Source: Alphaproteobacteria bacterium
Lineage (GTDB): Bacteria; Pseudomonadota; Alphaproteobacteria; G965222575
DNA length: 64,000 nt
Assembly (NCBI GenBank): GCA_965222575.1
Contig: OZ244958.1
Span: forward strand, 352,001 to 416,000
Reading direction: 5' to 3'
This document shows positions 10,680 through 20,610 of this stretch, piece after piece. Under the pieces are notes generated by a model that was not told the DNA's origin, did not search any database, and worked only from the letters and a program-made list of their open reading frames with translations. How positions within the stretch are numbered: the stretch's first letter is position 1; each line of letters begins with the position of its first letter. A program made the position numbers and the translations under genes.

Positions 10680-12053
10680 TCAATCTCCTAAGACAGATAT
10701 CATGTCCTGAAGGGCTTGCGAGCTCCTATTCATTGAAAATGCTAACCAGGATTCCACATCCTCTAGTGCAGGCTTGATATGTTGTTCCTCCTCTCCTAAG
10801 TTTGCCCCTAAGTCATGGATTAGAACTTCTATGCTTCTTAATTGTTGTAGGTTCGAAGACAGCGTATTGATATCTTCTTGCCACCCTTGGACATTTTTTT
10901 CTAAAGATTCAAGCTTGAGCCGTTCCTGCTGTGTTTCCTCAAGAAGTGCTGCCTGCTTGTGCAAAGCGGATCGAAGATCGTCTTTTGCGGTTGAAAGGCC
11001 TTTTAGGAGTTTGTCTTTCTCATTACAAAGGGCATCAGCCACTTCCATAGATCCTTCCTTTCCGATGCGTTTCTCAAGAGCTTTGACAGCTTTGAGTGTT
11101 TTCTTTTTCGCATCTGGATGTGCTGCTGGTTTTAATTGCGTTTCAATTTTCTCTCTCTTATCACAAAGGGCATCAGCCACTTCCATAGATTCTTCCTCTT
11201 CGATACGTTTCTCAAGAGTTTTGACGGCTTTGAGTGTTTTCTTTTCCGCATCTGGATGTGCTGCTGGTTTTAATTGTGTTTCAATTTTCTCTTTTAGTTG
11301 CTCACTCTGTTTGGTTAAGCTCCCAATTTTCTTTTGCCCTTCCGTTAGGAGAACAGAAGCCCCTTTCTCCGGTGCCGTACCATGGAGATAGTGCTCAAGA
11401 ATTTTCAGATTTTGCTGCTGGCGCATACCCCCACAAAGCATTTTCAAGCGATGCATCACCCCCACCTTATCCAAATCCAATGACTCAGGGGTAGCACCCT
11501 TCAGGTCTTTTAATGCCTCTTCACAAACCTTCTGGTTAAGAGGAATCTTCTGCTCAATAAAAGAAAGCTTCTTTAGTTGCTTCTCAAGGTCATTGATTGT
11601 GTACAAAGAAAAGTCTTTTTCTTTTAGAATCTTAACAGCCGCCTGCGCTTCAGGGCAATCCTTGAACACCGACTCTAAGTTATGAGCTTCTTTTAACTCT
11701 TTCCCTGGCGAGAGCATGTCTTTTTGTTGGAATTGCAAAGCGGCAAACTTCAAGTCTCTAGCACGAAGAGGCTTCCCTCCACCAAGGGAACCTTTCAAGA
11801 ATGTCTTGATTTCCCCCGCTTCCCACTTATATGAAGCATTCTCAGATAAGCACTTTCTGAAAGCCTTTTGCACCGCTTCATTGCGGGCCGCCACTTGACT
11901 CTTTGTGGAGAGCTTTGTCTTGACCCAAAAACAAGAACGTTGGTAAAGAGAATTCAGTGCCTTCAGGTTTTGCGTCTTTTTATCCACAACAACAAAAGAC
12001 TGCTCCTTAGCCTCGGCAATGCTCTTCGGAATGAACGCTCCTACCTGTACCAC
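10680..12053 (-). CDS. Hypothetical coiled-coil protein, paralogue family member 2, with internal 46-aa duplication
   Basis: 457-aa ORF with the shared N-terminal domain; 138-nt tandem duplication at about 11020-11295. Confidence 0.8.
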   Translation of the reverse strand: MVQVGAFIPKSIAEAKEQSFVVVDKKTQNLKALNSLYQRSCFWVKTKLSTKSQVAARNEAVQKAFRKCLSENASYKWEAGEIKTFLKGSLGGGKPLRARDLKFAALQFQQKDMLSPGKELKEAHNLESVFKDCPEAQAAVKILKEKDFSLYTINDLEKQLKKLSFIEQKIPLNQKVCEEALKDLKGATPESLDLDKVGVMHRLKMLCGGMRQQQNLKILEHYLHGTAPEKGASVLLTEGQKKIGSLTKQSEQLKEKIETQLKPAAHPDAEKKTLKAVKTLEKRIEEEESMEVADALCDKREKIETQLKPAAHPDAKKKTLKAVKALEKRIGKEGSMEVADALCNEKDKLLKGLSTAKDDLRSALHKQAALLEETQQERLKLESLEKNVQGWQEDINTLSSNLQQLRSIEVLIHDLGANLGEEEQHIKPALEDVESWLAFSMNRSSQALQDMISVLGD

Positions 12054-12158
12054 ACTTACTCCCCTGTTAACTTCATAATCTCAAGAGCACCTTACAGGAA
12101 AAATCTTAACAAAATAGGCACATTCTTCTCCTTTAACGCCCGCCATGGAGAAAGCCCT

Positions 12159-13115
12159 CTATGTTTCCAACAGCACAGCCATATTCTTGAAAGTTTGTTC
12201 GCCTTTGTGAACGGCTTCTCCTGCGAGTTTAGCCAGTTCTCCATAGCAGGCGTCTTGTTTCTCTCCTCCAAAGGTAATAGACCAGTGGAGGTCTTCTAAC
12301 CACTTTGTTTGCACGGCTACAATGTTCATATCCTCTTTCCATTGTTTGACAATCTCCTTGCTAGGGCGTATTTTTGCTTCTTCTGATGCTAAAGTGCTTA
12401 AGAGTTTCTTTCTCTCGACCACGCCTTCATCATCTTGTCCTGTTTTCTGAATCTGGGTTTTCAAGCGGTCAATTTCTCCCTGAATGGCCGATAAACCAGT
12501 AGGAGGAGTTGTGCCATTGATTTGATGACGCAGTAACTTAAGATATTGGTATTCCCGTATTTTACTACATAAGACTTTCAGGGAAAGACTGGCATTGTGC
12601 GCGGCGTCTTTTACCTCCTGCGGGGCGCTTCCTTTGAGCTCTTTGAGGTCTTCTTTACAGGTATCAAGACAGCCATTAAGAGTCGTTTTCAAGCCTTTAA
12701 GACTATCAAAACGTTTTTGCCTGTCTGTTGCATCCATAATGACGACCCCCTCTTTTTTAAGCACCTCATTTGGGAATTGGACATCCCGTTTGCTTGCAAA
12801 TGAGCTGACAACTGTGTTTAAGTCTCTCACGCGCAAGGGCTTATGAGTCGGTATTTTCTGAAAAAGCCCCTGAAGTTCTTTGTGCGACAATAACTTGCTT
12901 TGCTCAAAATATTCTTTGACAGCAGATTGTACTTTTTGATTACGCTTGGCAATTTGATTTTTTGTGGAGAATTTTGTCTTGACCCAAAAATTCAATCTTC
13001 CGCCTAAAGAGCAAAGAGCCTTCAAGGTTTGTGTTTTTTTATCAACAACAATAAACGCCTGCTGTTTAGCATTAGCAATACCAGAAGGAAGAAGATTCAA
13101 AGAAACAGAAGACAC
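12159..13115 (-). CDS. Hypothetical coiled-coil protein, paralogue family member 3
   Basis: 318-aa ORF with the shared N-terminal domain and a Ser/Pro-containing extreme N-terminus. Confidence 0.8.
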   Translation of the reverse strand: MSSVSLNLLPSGIANAKQQAFIVVDKKTQTLKALCSLGGRLNFWVKTKFSTKNQIAKRNQKVQSAVKEYFEQSKLLSHKELQGLFQKIPTHKPLRVRDLNTVVSSFASKRDVQFPNEVLKKEGVVIMDATDRQKRFDSLKGLKTTLNGCLDTCKEDLKELKGSAPQEVKDAAHNASLSLKVLCSKIREYQYLKLLRHQINGTTPPTGLSAIQGEIDRLKTQIQKTGQDDEGVVERKKLLSTLASEEAKIRPSKEIVKQWKEDMNIVAVQTKWLEDLHWSITFGGEKQDACYGELAKLAGEAVHKGEQTFKNMAVLLET

Positions 13116-13262
13116 AGTGACTTAAGACAAGATTTGTACCCCAATCCTAAAGAAAAAGTCCTAAGAAACTCTATATTGCTTGCGGAGGGGGGGGTTCTTT
13201 ACGCTCTCAGGCACGGGTGAGCGTATGGCGGAAGAGCAAAACGCCCTTTCTCTTCCGTGTTA

Positions 13263-14522
13263 TTAAAGGGAGCGTCTTGTGTTACCGGTATAGAGTTGTC
13301 TGGGTCGTCCGATTTTGAGTGCTGGGGTTTCAAGCATTTCGTGGTAATGAGAAAACCATCCCACAGAGCGTGCTAAAGCGAAGAGGACGGTAAAGAAGGA
13401 TTTATCGAATCCTATAGCGCGCAGGATAACGCCGGAATAGAAGTCCACATTAGGATAGAGTTTTCTATCGATGAAGTATTCGTCTTGTAAGGCGGCTTTT
13501 TCCAGTGCGGCGGCTGTTTGGAAAAGTTGTATGCCTTTTTTATCGAGTTTTCCAAGGATGGTACGACAGAATTTTTGGAGAATTTGGGAGCGGGGGTCAA
13601 AATTTTTATAGACTCTATGTCCGAAGCCCATGAGTCGAAAGGGATTTTTTTTATCTTTAGCCTGTTTGATACAGTCTTGAATGTTCTGAATGTTTTCAAG
13701 CATGGTGACGACGGCTTCGTTGGCACCGCCGTGGGAGGAGCCCCATAAAGAGGCAACACCCCCTGCGAGACAGGCATAAGGGTGCGCTAAGGAGGAGCCT
13801 GCTAGGCGTACTGTTGAGGTGGAGGCATTTTGTTCGTGGTCGGCATGGAGAATGAGAAATTGTTCAAAGGCTTCAATGAAGTCCTGTTCCGGAGGCTCAT
13901 CAAAGCACAGAGACAAAAAATTCTCTGAAAAGCCCTTATCATGTTGAGAGGTGAGACTCCTGTAAGATACCCCTTCTCCATGTCTGTAAATCATGGCGCA
14001 GAGAAGAGGCACTTGTTTCAGAAGAGTGTAGAAGAGTTTATGTCTATTTTTCCCTAGAAGAAAATTCTCTTGATGAAACCCGCTCATTGCCGCCATACAC
14101 GTGCAAAGCTTCGCCATAGGATGCGCTTTCTTAGGCAGTCCTTTAAGAACACTTGTCATCCCCTCCGATACACTAGGAGCGTTAGCAATATCATTAAGAA
14201 ACTCTGTTTTTTGCGTCCTAGTTGGTAACTCTCCGTAGAACACTAAAAAACTCACATCATAAAAATCACAAAACACCACAAGTTTCTCAATAGGATAGCC
14301 TCTGTATAATAACTCCCCTTTGATGCCATCTACAAAAGTAATGGCTGAGTCGCAACTAACAGTAGCCCCAAAAGACGGGTCATAGGCAAAATAGCCTAAA
14401 GTGCGCGGAATATCACGCACATCAATGACATCCTTGCCTAAAGTAGGACTGTAAATCGGCGCACTAACCGTGCGTCCTGTCTTTTCATCTTTTAAGAGAA
14501 TTTTCTTTGGCACTGACAACAA
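13263..14522 (-). CDS. gltA: Citrate synthase
   Basis: ILHADHEQNASTSTVR, LMGFGHRVYKNFDPR, LYPNVDFYSG. Confidence 0.97.
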   Translation of the reverse strand: MLSVPKKILLKDEKTGRTVSAPIYSPTLGKDVIDVRDIPRTLGYFAYDPSFGATVSCDSAITFVDGIKGELLYRGYPIEKLVVFCDFYDVSFLVFYGELPTRTQKTEFLNDIANAPSVSEGMTSVLKGLPKKAHPMAKLCTCMAAMSGFHQENFLLGKNRHKLFYTLLKQVPLLCAMIYRHGEGVSYRSLTSQHDKGFSENFLSLCFDEPPEQDFIEAFEQFLILHADHEQNASTSTVRLAGSSLAHPYACLAGGVASLWGSSHGGANEAVVTMLENIQNIQDCIKQAKDKKNPFRLMGFGHRVYKNFDPRSQILQKFCRTILGKLDKKGIQLFQTAAALEKAALQDEYFIDRKLYPNVDFYSGVILRAIGFDKSFFTVLFALARSVGWFSHYHEMLETPALKIGRPRQLYTGNTRRSL

Positions 14523-14549
14523 TCCGCCACTACTTGTATGAAGCTTTCA

Positions 14550-15881
14550 TTATAGACATTGTTTCACTCTCTTAATAGTCTCTTTTTGTCCTAAGGCGTA
14601 CAAGATAGCAGTAATGCCTAAGGGGTTAGGGTGTCCAGTGAGGACAATTCTTAAAGGGTGCGCTAAGTCTCTTAAGGAAATGTTGTGGGTGTTGATGAGC
14701 TGATGCAGGGCTTCTTTGAGGGTTGGTGGGGTCCAAGAGGGGAGTTTTTGTAACGTGGTGAGCAACGCTTTGAGATTGTGGCGTGTGCCTTCATTGAAGA
14801 GAGGGCATGGGGGGGGGTTCTGTTGCCGTAAGAAGGAGGAGAGATGGTCTAGGTCTTTTAGGGAATGGGTGCGTTTTAAGGCTTCTGGCAAGAGGAGAGA
14901 GAGGCGTTTTTTTTCTTGTTGTGACAAAGGCGTTTTTGTGTAGGCCTCTAGGCGGTGACAGAGTGTAGAAGCATCCATAGTTTGGAGAAGTTTTCTATTA
15001 AGAGCCAAGAGTTTGTCTTCAGAGAATCGGGCAGAGGCTCTGTGTAGCTTCTTCAAGTCAAACAATAAAGCAGCGTCTTCCAAAGAGATAAGCTCCGCAT
15101 CTCCTCGGCGCCACCCTAGTTGAAAAAGAGCGTTATGCAAAGCAAGAGGAAGAAAGCCTTCCCGTTGGTACACTCTCACATCTTTAGCACCATGTCGTTT
15201 GGAAAGCTTGCGTCCATCAGCGCTGCAAATGAGAGGAATATGCGCCATGTTCGGCGGAGTCCAGCCTAAGGCATCATAGACTTGTATCTGTCGTGCCGCA
15301 TTGATGAGATGGTCTGTGCCTCTGAGAATATGCGTAATCCCCATATCATGGTCATCCACCACAACACAGAGCATATAAGTAGGAGTTTCATCAGAACGCA
15401 ATAAAACCATATCATCCAAATGTTGGGCTTGAATCACAACCTGTCCCTGTACAGCATCAGCAATCACCACTTTTCCTTTTACAGGGGCTTTGAATCTGAG
15501 GGCTGTTTTGGCACTTTGAGTAAGGCAGCGCTGACGGCATTTTCTCTGATATCCTTCCTCTGTTCCAGCAGGAGGGGGACAATCACACCAATAGGCATAG
15601 CCTTTTTTGAAAAGCCGAAACGCCACTTCTCTGTGGCGCTTCTGTTGTTGCGACTGATAGAAAATCTCCCGCCAGTCTAAACCAAGCCATTGCAAACCCT
15701 CTAAAATGGACTCCCCATAGCGCTCTTCACCACGTACCACATCGGTATCTTCCATGCGTAAGAAAAACGCACCCCCAAAATGACGGGCTAAAAGCCAGTT
15801 AAACAAAGCCGTGCGGACACTCCCTAAATGAAGAAAGCCCGTCGGTGAAGGAGCAAAACGCGTTCTCATCATCAATGTCAT
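14550..15881 (-). CDS. gltX: Glutamate--tRNA ligase
   Basis: RFAPSPTGFLHLG, KLSKRHGA; adjacent to gltA as in alphaproteobacteria. Confidence 0.95.
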   Translation of the reverse strand: MTLMMRTRFAPSPTGFLHLGSVRTALFNWLLARHFGGAFFLRMEDTDVVRGEERYGESILEGLQWLGLDWREIFYQSQQQKRHREVAFRLFKKGYAYWCDCPPPAGTEEGYQRKCRQRCLTQSAKTALRFKAPVKGKVVIADAVQGQVVIQAQHLDDMVLLRSDETPTYMLCVVVDDHDMGITHILRGTDHLINAARQIQVYDALGWTPPNMAHIPLICSADGRKLSKRHGAKDVRVYQREGFLPLALHNALFQLGWRRGDAELISLEDAALLFDLKKLHRASARFSEDKLLALNRKLLQTMDASTLCHRLEAYTKTPLSQQEKKRLSLLLPEALKRTHSLKDLDHLSSFLRQQNPPPCPLFNEGTRHNLKALLTTLQKLPSWTPPTLKEALHQLINTHNISLRDLAHPLRIVLTGHPNPLGITAILYALGQKETIKRVKQCL

Positions 15882-15956
15882 GGCCTAAAACCTCTCTTTC
15901 TGTGATATCCTACCTTCACACCTAACAGTGTATCTCAGAACAAGACATCTCTTCAA

Positions 15957-18008
15957 ATGTCATTTTTCAGAACGCTTTCCGCCCAGTTCTTTGAAGAGAG
16001 ATTCGTCTTCCCTCTTTGGTGCGTTGTCTTATTCGGCATAGGAATCTGTTGGTATTTTGCCCTCAAGGAAGAGCCTGTATTGTGGGTTTACGGGGTACTT
16101 TGGGGAGGAAGCGTGCTGTTATACGTGATAAAAAGAGTGCGTCTTTTAGGGATTTGTGCCTTAAGCTTCCTCACAGGCTTTACCATCTCAGCCATAAAAA
16201 CCCACAGTCTCAAACACCCAGTCCTATCAGAACCCCTCTATAACGTTTATGTAGAAGGGATAGTGACGAAAAAAGAACAACGAGAAAATTCTGTGCGCTT
16301 TACGCTTAAGCAAGCGCTGATTCACGGCACTAGTACAAAACGCACGAAGATAAGGCTTATTGTGCGCTCTCAATTGTCTCCTGAAGAGATAGCGGTAGGA
16401 AGCCACATCACAGCCCGCGCCCTCTGTTTTCCGCCGCCGGACAAGGTTTTAGCTGATGGATACGACTTTCACAGGGATTTTTGGTTCAAAGGCCTCACCG
16501 CCACCGCTATCGCTCTTTCCATTTTAGATATCTCTCCTAGGGTGCAAACCCTACAATCACGACTAGAAAATCTTCGACTCCGTCTCAGTCACTCCATCAC
16601 AAAGCACCTCAAGGGGAACACAGCATCCCTTGCTAAGGCGTTAATTTTAGGCATGAAAAAGGAAGTAAGCGAAGAAACAAAGGTTGCGTTTCGCCGCTCA
16701 GGATTAGCGCACATCTTAGCAATTTCCGGCATGCATATAGGCCTTTTGACAGCGGTTGTGTTTTTTCTCATGCGATATGCACTCTCTGCAATACCAGCAT
16801 TTTCTTTGCGGTTTAACACAAAACTCTGGGCAATTCTAGGCGGAGTCGCCACAGCATTTTTCTATCTCCTCTTATCAGGTGCCTCACTTCCAACGAAAAG
16901 GGCCTTCCTGCTGGTATCGGTCATACCGCTAGGCATCGCCTTATTTCGCCCCATCTCCACCTTACGTGCCCTAGGGCTTTGTGCCTTTATCCTGTTGTGT
17001 CTCTCTCCCCAAAGTCTTTTATCAGCGAGTTTCCAACTCTCCTTTGCCGCTGTCCTGTGTTTAATCGTAGGGTTCAAACAGCTAAGAGGACTGCATCAAA
17101 AGCTTGCATTTTTAGGAGGGATATCCTCTCCTGTTGTCTTTGTGTTGTCTCTTTTCCTCTCAACGCTCCTCGCCGTCATTCCCACAAGCCTCATCGCTTG
17201 GTATCACTTTCAGAATGTCTCTTTTATTTCTCTTTTTTGCAATCTTCTCGGGGTACCGCTCCTTACGTTTTGGATTATGCCTTGTATTGTGTTGTACTTA
17301 GGGCTTACGCCATTAGGCTTGGAGTTTTTACCGCTTTGGGGACTCTCTAAAGGTCTTGTGTTGTTAGAGCAGTTAGCGCTGTACGGGGCATCGATTCCTT
17401 ACGGCTGGGGGCATTTTCCGAAGCCTACCACATGGAGTTTTTGTTTAGTAATTGTATCGGGATTATGGTTTTTGCTGTGGCAGGGTCGGTGGCGGTTTTG
17501 GGGGGTGCCGTTTTTGTTAAGTGGCTTTCTTTTCATGGTTTTCCTTCCGAATTTAGCAGATATACAGGTATTAGGAGAAGCGAAGCTTGTAGGGATTACC
17601 GATGGAAGGGGTCAGTTTTTTGTCTCAAGAAGTAATACGGAGTCATTCGCCCGTTCTGCTTGGTTTAGGGTCTATGGTCAAGAAAAGGAGGCTTATTGGC
17701 CTGATGGAGGAGGAGGAGGAGGAGCGGGGTTTTTCTGTGATGGGGAGGGGTGTATACTGGAGAAGAAGGGGTATTTGGTGGGGTTTCCCAAGACGAAGAG
17801 GGCTGCTATGGAGGATTGTATGGTTGCTGATTTTGTGATTTTTTCTGGGAATCTGCCGCCCTTTTGCAAGGGGTTAGGAGGAGAGCGTTTGCGTGCGGGG
17901 CGTGCTCATAGTGTGTGGTTAAAGAAAGGGATAAAAGTGAAGAGTGCGGAAGGGAATCGGAATCGTCCGTGGCACAGAGCGGCATTGCTTACGGCATTAA
18001 GTCCTTGA
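15957..18008 (+). CDS. comEC: ComEC/Rec2 competence protein
   Basis: FRRSGLAHILAISGMHIG, SFQLSFAAV; multi-TM; divergent from gltX. Confidence 0.92.
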   Translation: MSFFRTLSAQFFEERFVFPLWCVVLFGIGICWYFALKEEPVLWVYGVLWGGSVLLYVIKRVRLLGICALSFLTGFTISAIKTHSLKHPVLSEPLYNVYVEGIVTKKEQRENSVRFTLKQALIHGTSTKRTKIRLIVRSQLSPEEIAVGSHITARALCFPPPDKVLADGYDFHRDFWFKGLTATAIALSILDISPRVQTLQSRLENLRLRLSHSITKHLKGNTASLAKALILGMKKEVSEETKVAFRRSGLAHILAISGMHIGLLTAVVFFLMRYALSAIPAFSLRFNTKLWAILGGVATAFFYLLLSGASLPTKRAFLLVSVIPLGIALFRPISTLRALGLCAFILLCLSPQSLLSASFQLSFAAVLCLIVGFKQLRGLHQKLAFLGGISSPVVFVLSLFLSTLLAVIPTSLIAWYHFQNVSFISLFCNLLGVPLLTFWIMPCIVLYLGLTPLGLEFLPLWGLSKGLVLLEQLALYGASIPYGWGHFPKPTTWSFCLVIVSGLWFLLWQGRWRFWGVPFLLSGFLFMVFLPNLADIQVLGEAKLVGITDGRGQFFVSRSNTESFARSAWFRVYGQEKEAYWPDGGGGGGAGFFCDGEGCILEKKGYLVGFPKTKRAAMEDCMVADFVIFSGNLPPFCKGLGGERLRAGRAHSVWLKKGIKVKSAEGNRNRPWHRAALLTALSP

Positions 18009-20610
18009 GTTCATGCAAGATATCAAGGGCTTGTCTTGGAGAGCAATCATCAAGATTGCAGGACTTAAGGAGGCGTTCCACTTTTTTGACAAAGGAAGGG
18101 AGAGGCGTTGGCAAAGGGGGGTTGTACTGAGGGGTTTGCAACTGGAAGTCAGAGGAGGAGGAGAAGTGCTTTAACAGGGTTTGTGCGCGTTCAATAACAG
18201 GCTGGGGCAGGCCTGCTAATTTTGCCACATGAATGCCGTAAGACTTATGGGCGCACCCTAAAACGACTTTATACAAGAAGACAATGCTCCCCTCCCATTC
18301 TTTCACCTGCAGATGACAATTGATTAAGTGTTTCATGTCCTTTTCCAGAGCAGTAAGTTCATGATAATGCGTAGCAAAGAGGCAACGGCAATTGAGGCGC
18401 TGGTGAAGGTCTTCAAGCACAGCCCACGCAATAGCGAGGCCATCATAGGTAGCGGTACCGCGTCCTATTTCGTCTAGAATCACAAAGCTTCTTGCGTCGC
18501 AAACTTTTAAGATAGAAGCGATCTGAAGCATTTCCACCATGAAAGTGGAATGCCCTTTAGCGAGATTATCAGAGGCACCAACGCGCGAAAACAAGTGATG
18601 GACAACGCCGAAGCGGCACGCTTCGGCAGGCACAAAAGAGCCTATTTGAGCGAGAAGGATAATCAGAGCATTTTGTCTTAAAAAGGTGGATTTTCCGGCC
18701 ATATTAGGGCCTGTAATCAGTTGAATCCTTTTGTCATTTTCCAACACGCAATCATTCAGCACACAATCATCAGGCCCCTCCTGTTGGGGGGCGGGCAGAT
18801 GTTGCTTTCCCCATTTGACAAGGGGATGGTATCCTCCCTTGACATGAAAATCACAGGTCATATCCACAACGGGACGGATATAGCCTTCTTCACGAGCAAG
18901 GTGTGCTAGGGAGGCAACAACATCTAAGAAGGCCATGCCCTTTGAGGCTTCTAGGATAGGGTTCCCTAGGTCTAGAATGCCCTTGAGAAGCTCTTGGTAT
19001 AGTTCTGCCTCTAAAGAGGCGACGCGCCGTGCCGATTCCTGCATTTTCATTTCGGCTTCCATGAGTTCCTGCGTGATATACCGTACGGTATTGGTCATGG
19101 ATTGCTTTTGAATAAAGAGAGGATTTTTTTCCATAGCAAGGCTCTGTCGAGCAGACACTTCTATAAAAGTGCCTAAGACATGATTGTGTCGAACTTTCAA
19201 GGTTTTGATACCGGTGAGCTGTTTATAGGTTTGTTGAAAAGCGAAAACCTCTTGGCGGCGGGAGGTTTTGATATCTTTGAGTTCATCCAGTGAAGGGGAA
19301 AAGCCTTGTCGAATGAAGTCTCCTGCCTGTACAAGAGCGGGGAGAGGGGAGTTGAGGGCAGAGGTTAAGGTTTTCAATAGACCATTGAGTGCATCAAGGG
19401 CAAGAGGGTTGGGGGCAGTCTTCAATTCTTCTTTTCTGTGAAAAAGAGACTGTACTTGGAAGGCACTCCACAATCCTTCTTGTATCGTTCCCATATCGCA
19501 AGGCCCGCCGCGCCCTAGGGATAGGCGCGTTAAGGCTCTCTCCACATCAGGGAATTGGCTTTGGTAGGAGCGAAGGGTTTGTCTTAAGGCATCGTGTTGA
19601 AAGAAGAGGTCAACCCACCGCAATCGCTTATCAATGGCTTCAATGTCCACTAAGGGACAGAGAAGCCATTGATACAATAGTCGTCCGCCTGCACTGGTGA
19701 GGGTTTTGTCAACGACAGAAAAGAGGCTACCACGTTTTTCTCCGCTTAATGTGCGGAGAATCTCAAGATTTTCTCGTGTATCATTATCCATTATCAGCAT
19801 CTGAGAGTCCAGATGCGCAACAGGCACCCGCACAGGGGGCATGCCTCCTTGCGTATAAAGGATATAGGACAAAAGGGCTTTTAAGGCACGCAGGATGGTC
19901 TTCTCTCTTCCTTTATAGACAAGGGGAACATGCAAGTCATTGAGAAGGGGAAAATGTTTAGTCGTCTCTTCTTTGAGAGGGGTGATGACCCCTTTGTAGT
20001 CTTTGAGGAGGGAAGCGTATTGAGAAGGGATTAAGAGTTCCGTGGGGTTGAGCCAAGAGAGGGTATCCATAAGATTGTCAGTCTCTACAAGAGTGTATCG
20101 AAACAAGCCGGTGGTCATTTCTATCCAAGCGCAACTCGCCTGCTTCGAGGGGGTGGGGATGAGAGAGGCTAGGAAGTTAGGGACTTTAGGTTCTAGCAGT
20201 CCTTCTTCTGAGAGGGTACCGGGCGTTATCACGCGTGTGACGCCGCGGTGGACAAGCGGTTTTTTCCCCTTTTCCTCCGGGGATTCGAGTTGGTCACAAA
20301 TAGCAACTTTGAACTCTTGTTTTATGAGGTTTAACAGATAATTCTCTACGGCATGACACGGAATGCCACACATGGGAATGGGGCGGTCTTTGTATTTTCC
20401 GCGAGCGGTAAGGGTAATGTTCAACGCTTGTGCCGCTACAATGGCGTCTTCAAAGAAAAGCTCATAGAAATCCCCCATACGATAAAGCACGAGCATGCCC
20501 TGATACCGTTGTTTTATCTCCAGATACTGCTTTATCATAGGCGTCGCAGCCTCCAAAGACACCTCTTGAGAATGAAGAGGAGGAAGAGGGGGGGGGGCTT
20601 CTTTAGTCAT
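17989..20610 (-). CDS. mutS: DNA mismatch repair protein MutS
   Basis: TPMIKQY, RMGDFYELF, ITGPNMAGKSTFLRQ, DEIGRGT, ATHYHEL. Confidence 0.97.
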   Translation of the reverse strand: MTKEAPPPLPPLHSQEVSLEAATPMIKQYLEIKQRYQGMLVLYRMGDFYELFFEDAIVAAQALNITLTARGKYKDRPIPMCGIPCHAVENYLLNLIKQEFKVAICDQLESPEEKGKKPLVHRGVTRVITPGTLSEEGLLEPKVPNFLASLIPTPSKQASCAWIEMTTGLFRYTLVETDNLMDTLSWLNPTELLIPSQYASLLKDYKGVITPLKEETTKHFPLLNDLHVPLVYKGREKTILRALKALLSYILYTQGGMPPVRVPVAHLDSQMLIMDNDTRENLEILRTLSGEKRGSLFSVVDKTLTSAGGRLLYQWLLCPLVDIEAIDKRLRWVDLFFQHDALRQTLRSYQSQFPDVERALTRLSLGRGGPCDMGTIQEGLWSAFQVQSLFHRKEELKTAPNPLALDALNGLLKTLTSALNSPLPALVQAGDFIRQGFSPSLDELKDIKTSRRQEVFAFQQTYKQLTGIKTLKVRHNHVLGTFIEVSARQSLAMEKNPLFIQKQSMTNTVRYITQELMEAEMKMQESARRVASLEAELYQELLKGILDLGNPILEASKGMAFLDVVASLAHLAREEGYIRPVVDMTCDFHVKGGYHPLVKWGKQHLPAPQQEGPDDCVLNDCVLENDKRIQLITGPNMAGKSTFLRQNALIILLAQIGSFVPAEACRFGVVHHLFSRVGASDNLAKGHSTFMVEMLQIASILKVCDARSFVILDEIGRGTATYDGLAIAWAVLEDLHQRLNCRCLFATHYHELTALEKDMKHLINCHLQVKEWEGSIVFLYKVVLGCAHKSYGIHVAKLAGLPQPVIERAQTLLKHFSSSSDFQLQTPQYNPPLPTPLPSFVKKVERLLKSCNLDDCSPRQALDILHELKDLMP

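Noticed and set aside
17706-17723. (GGA)6 tract in comEC as a phase-variation switch
   Set aside because: A triplet repeat stays in frame and only alters a poly-Gly linker.
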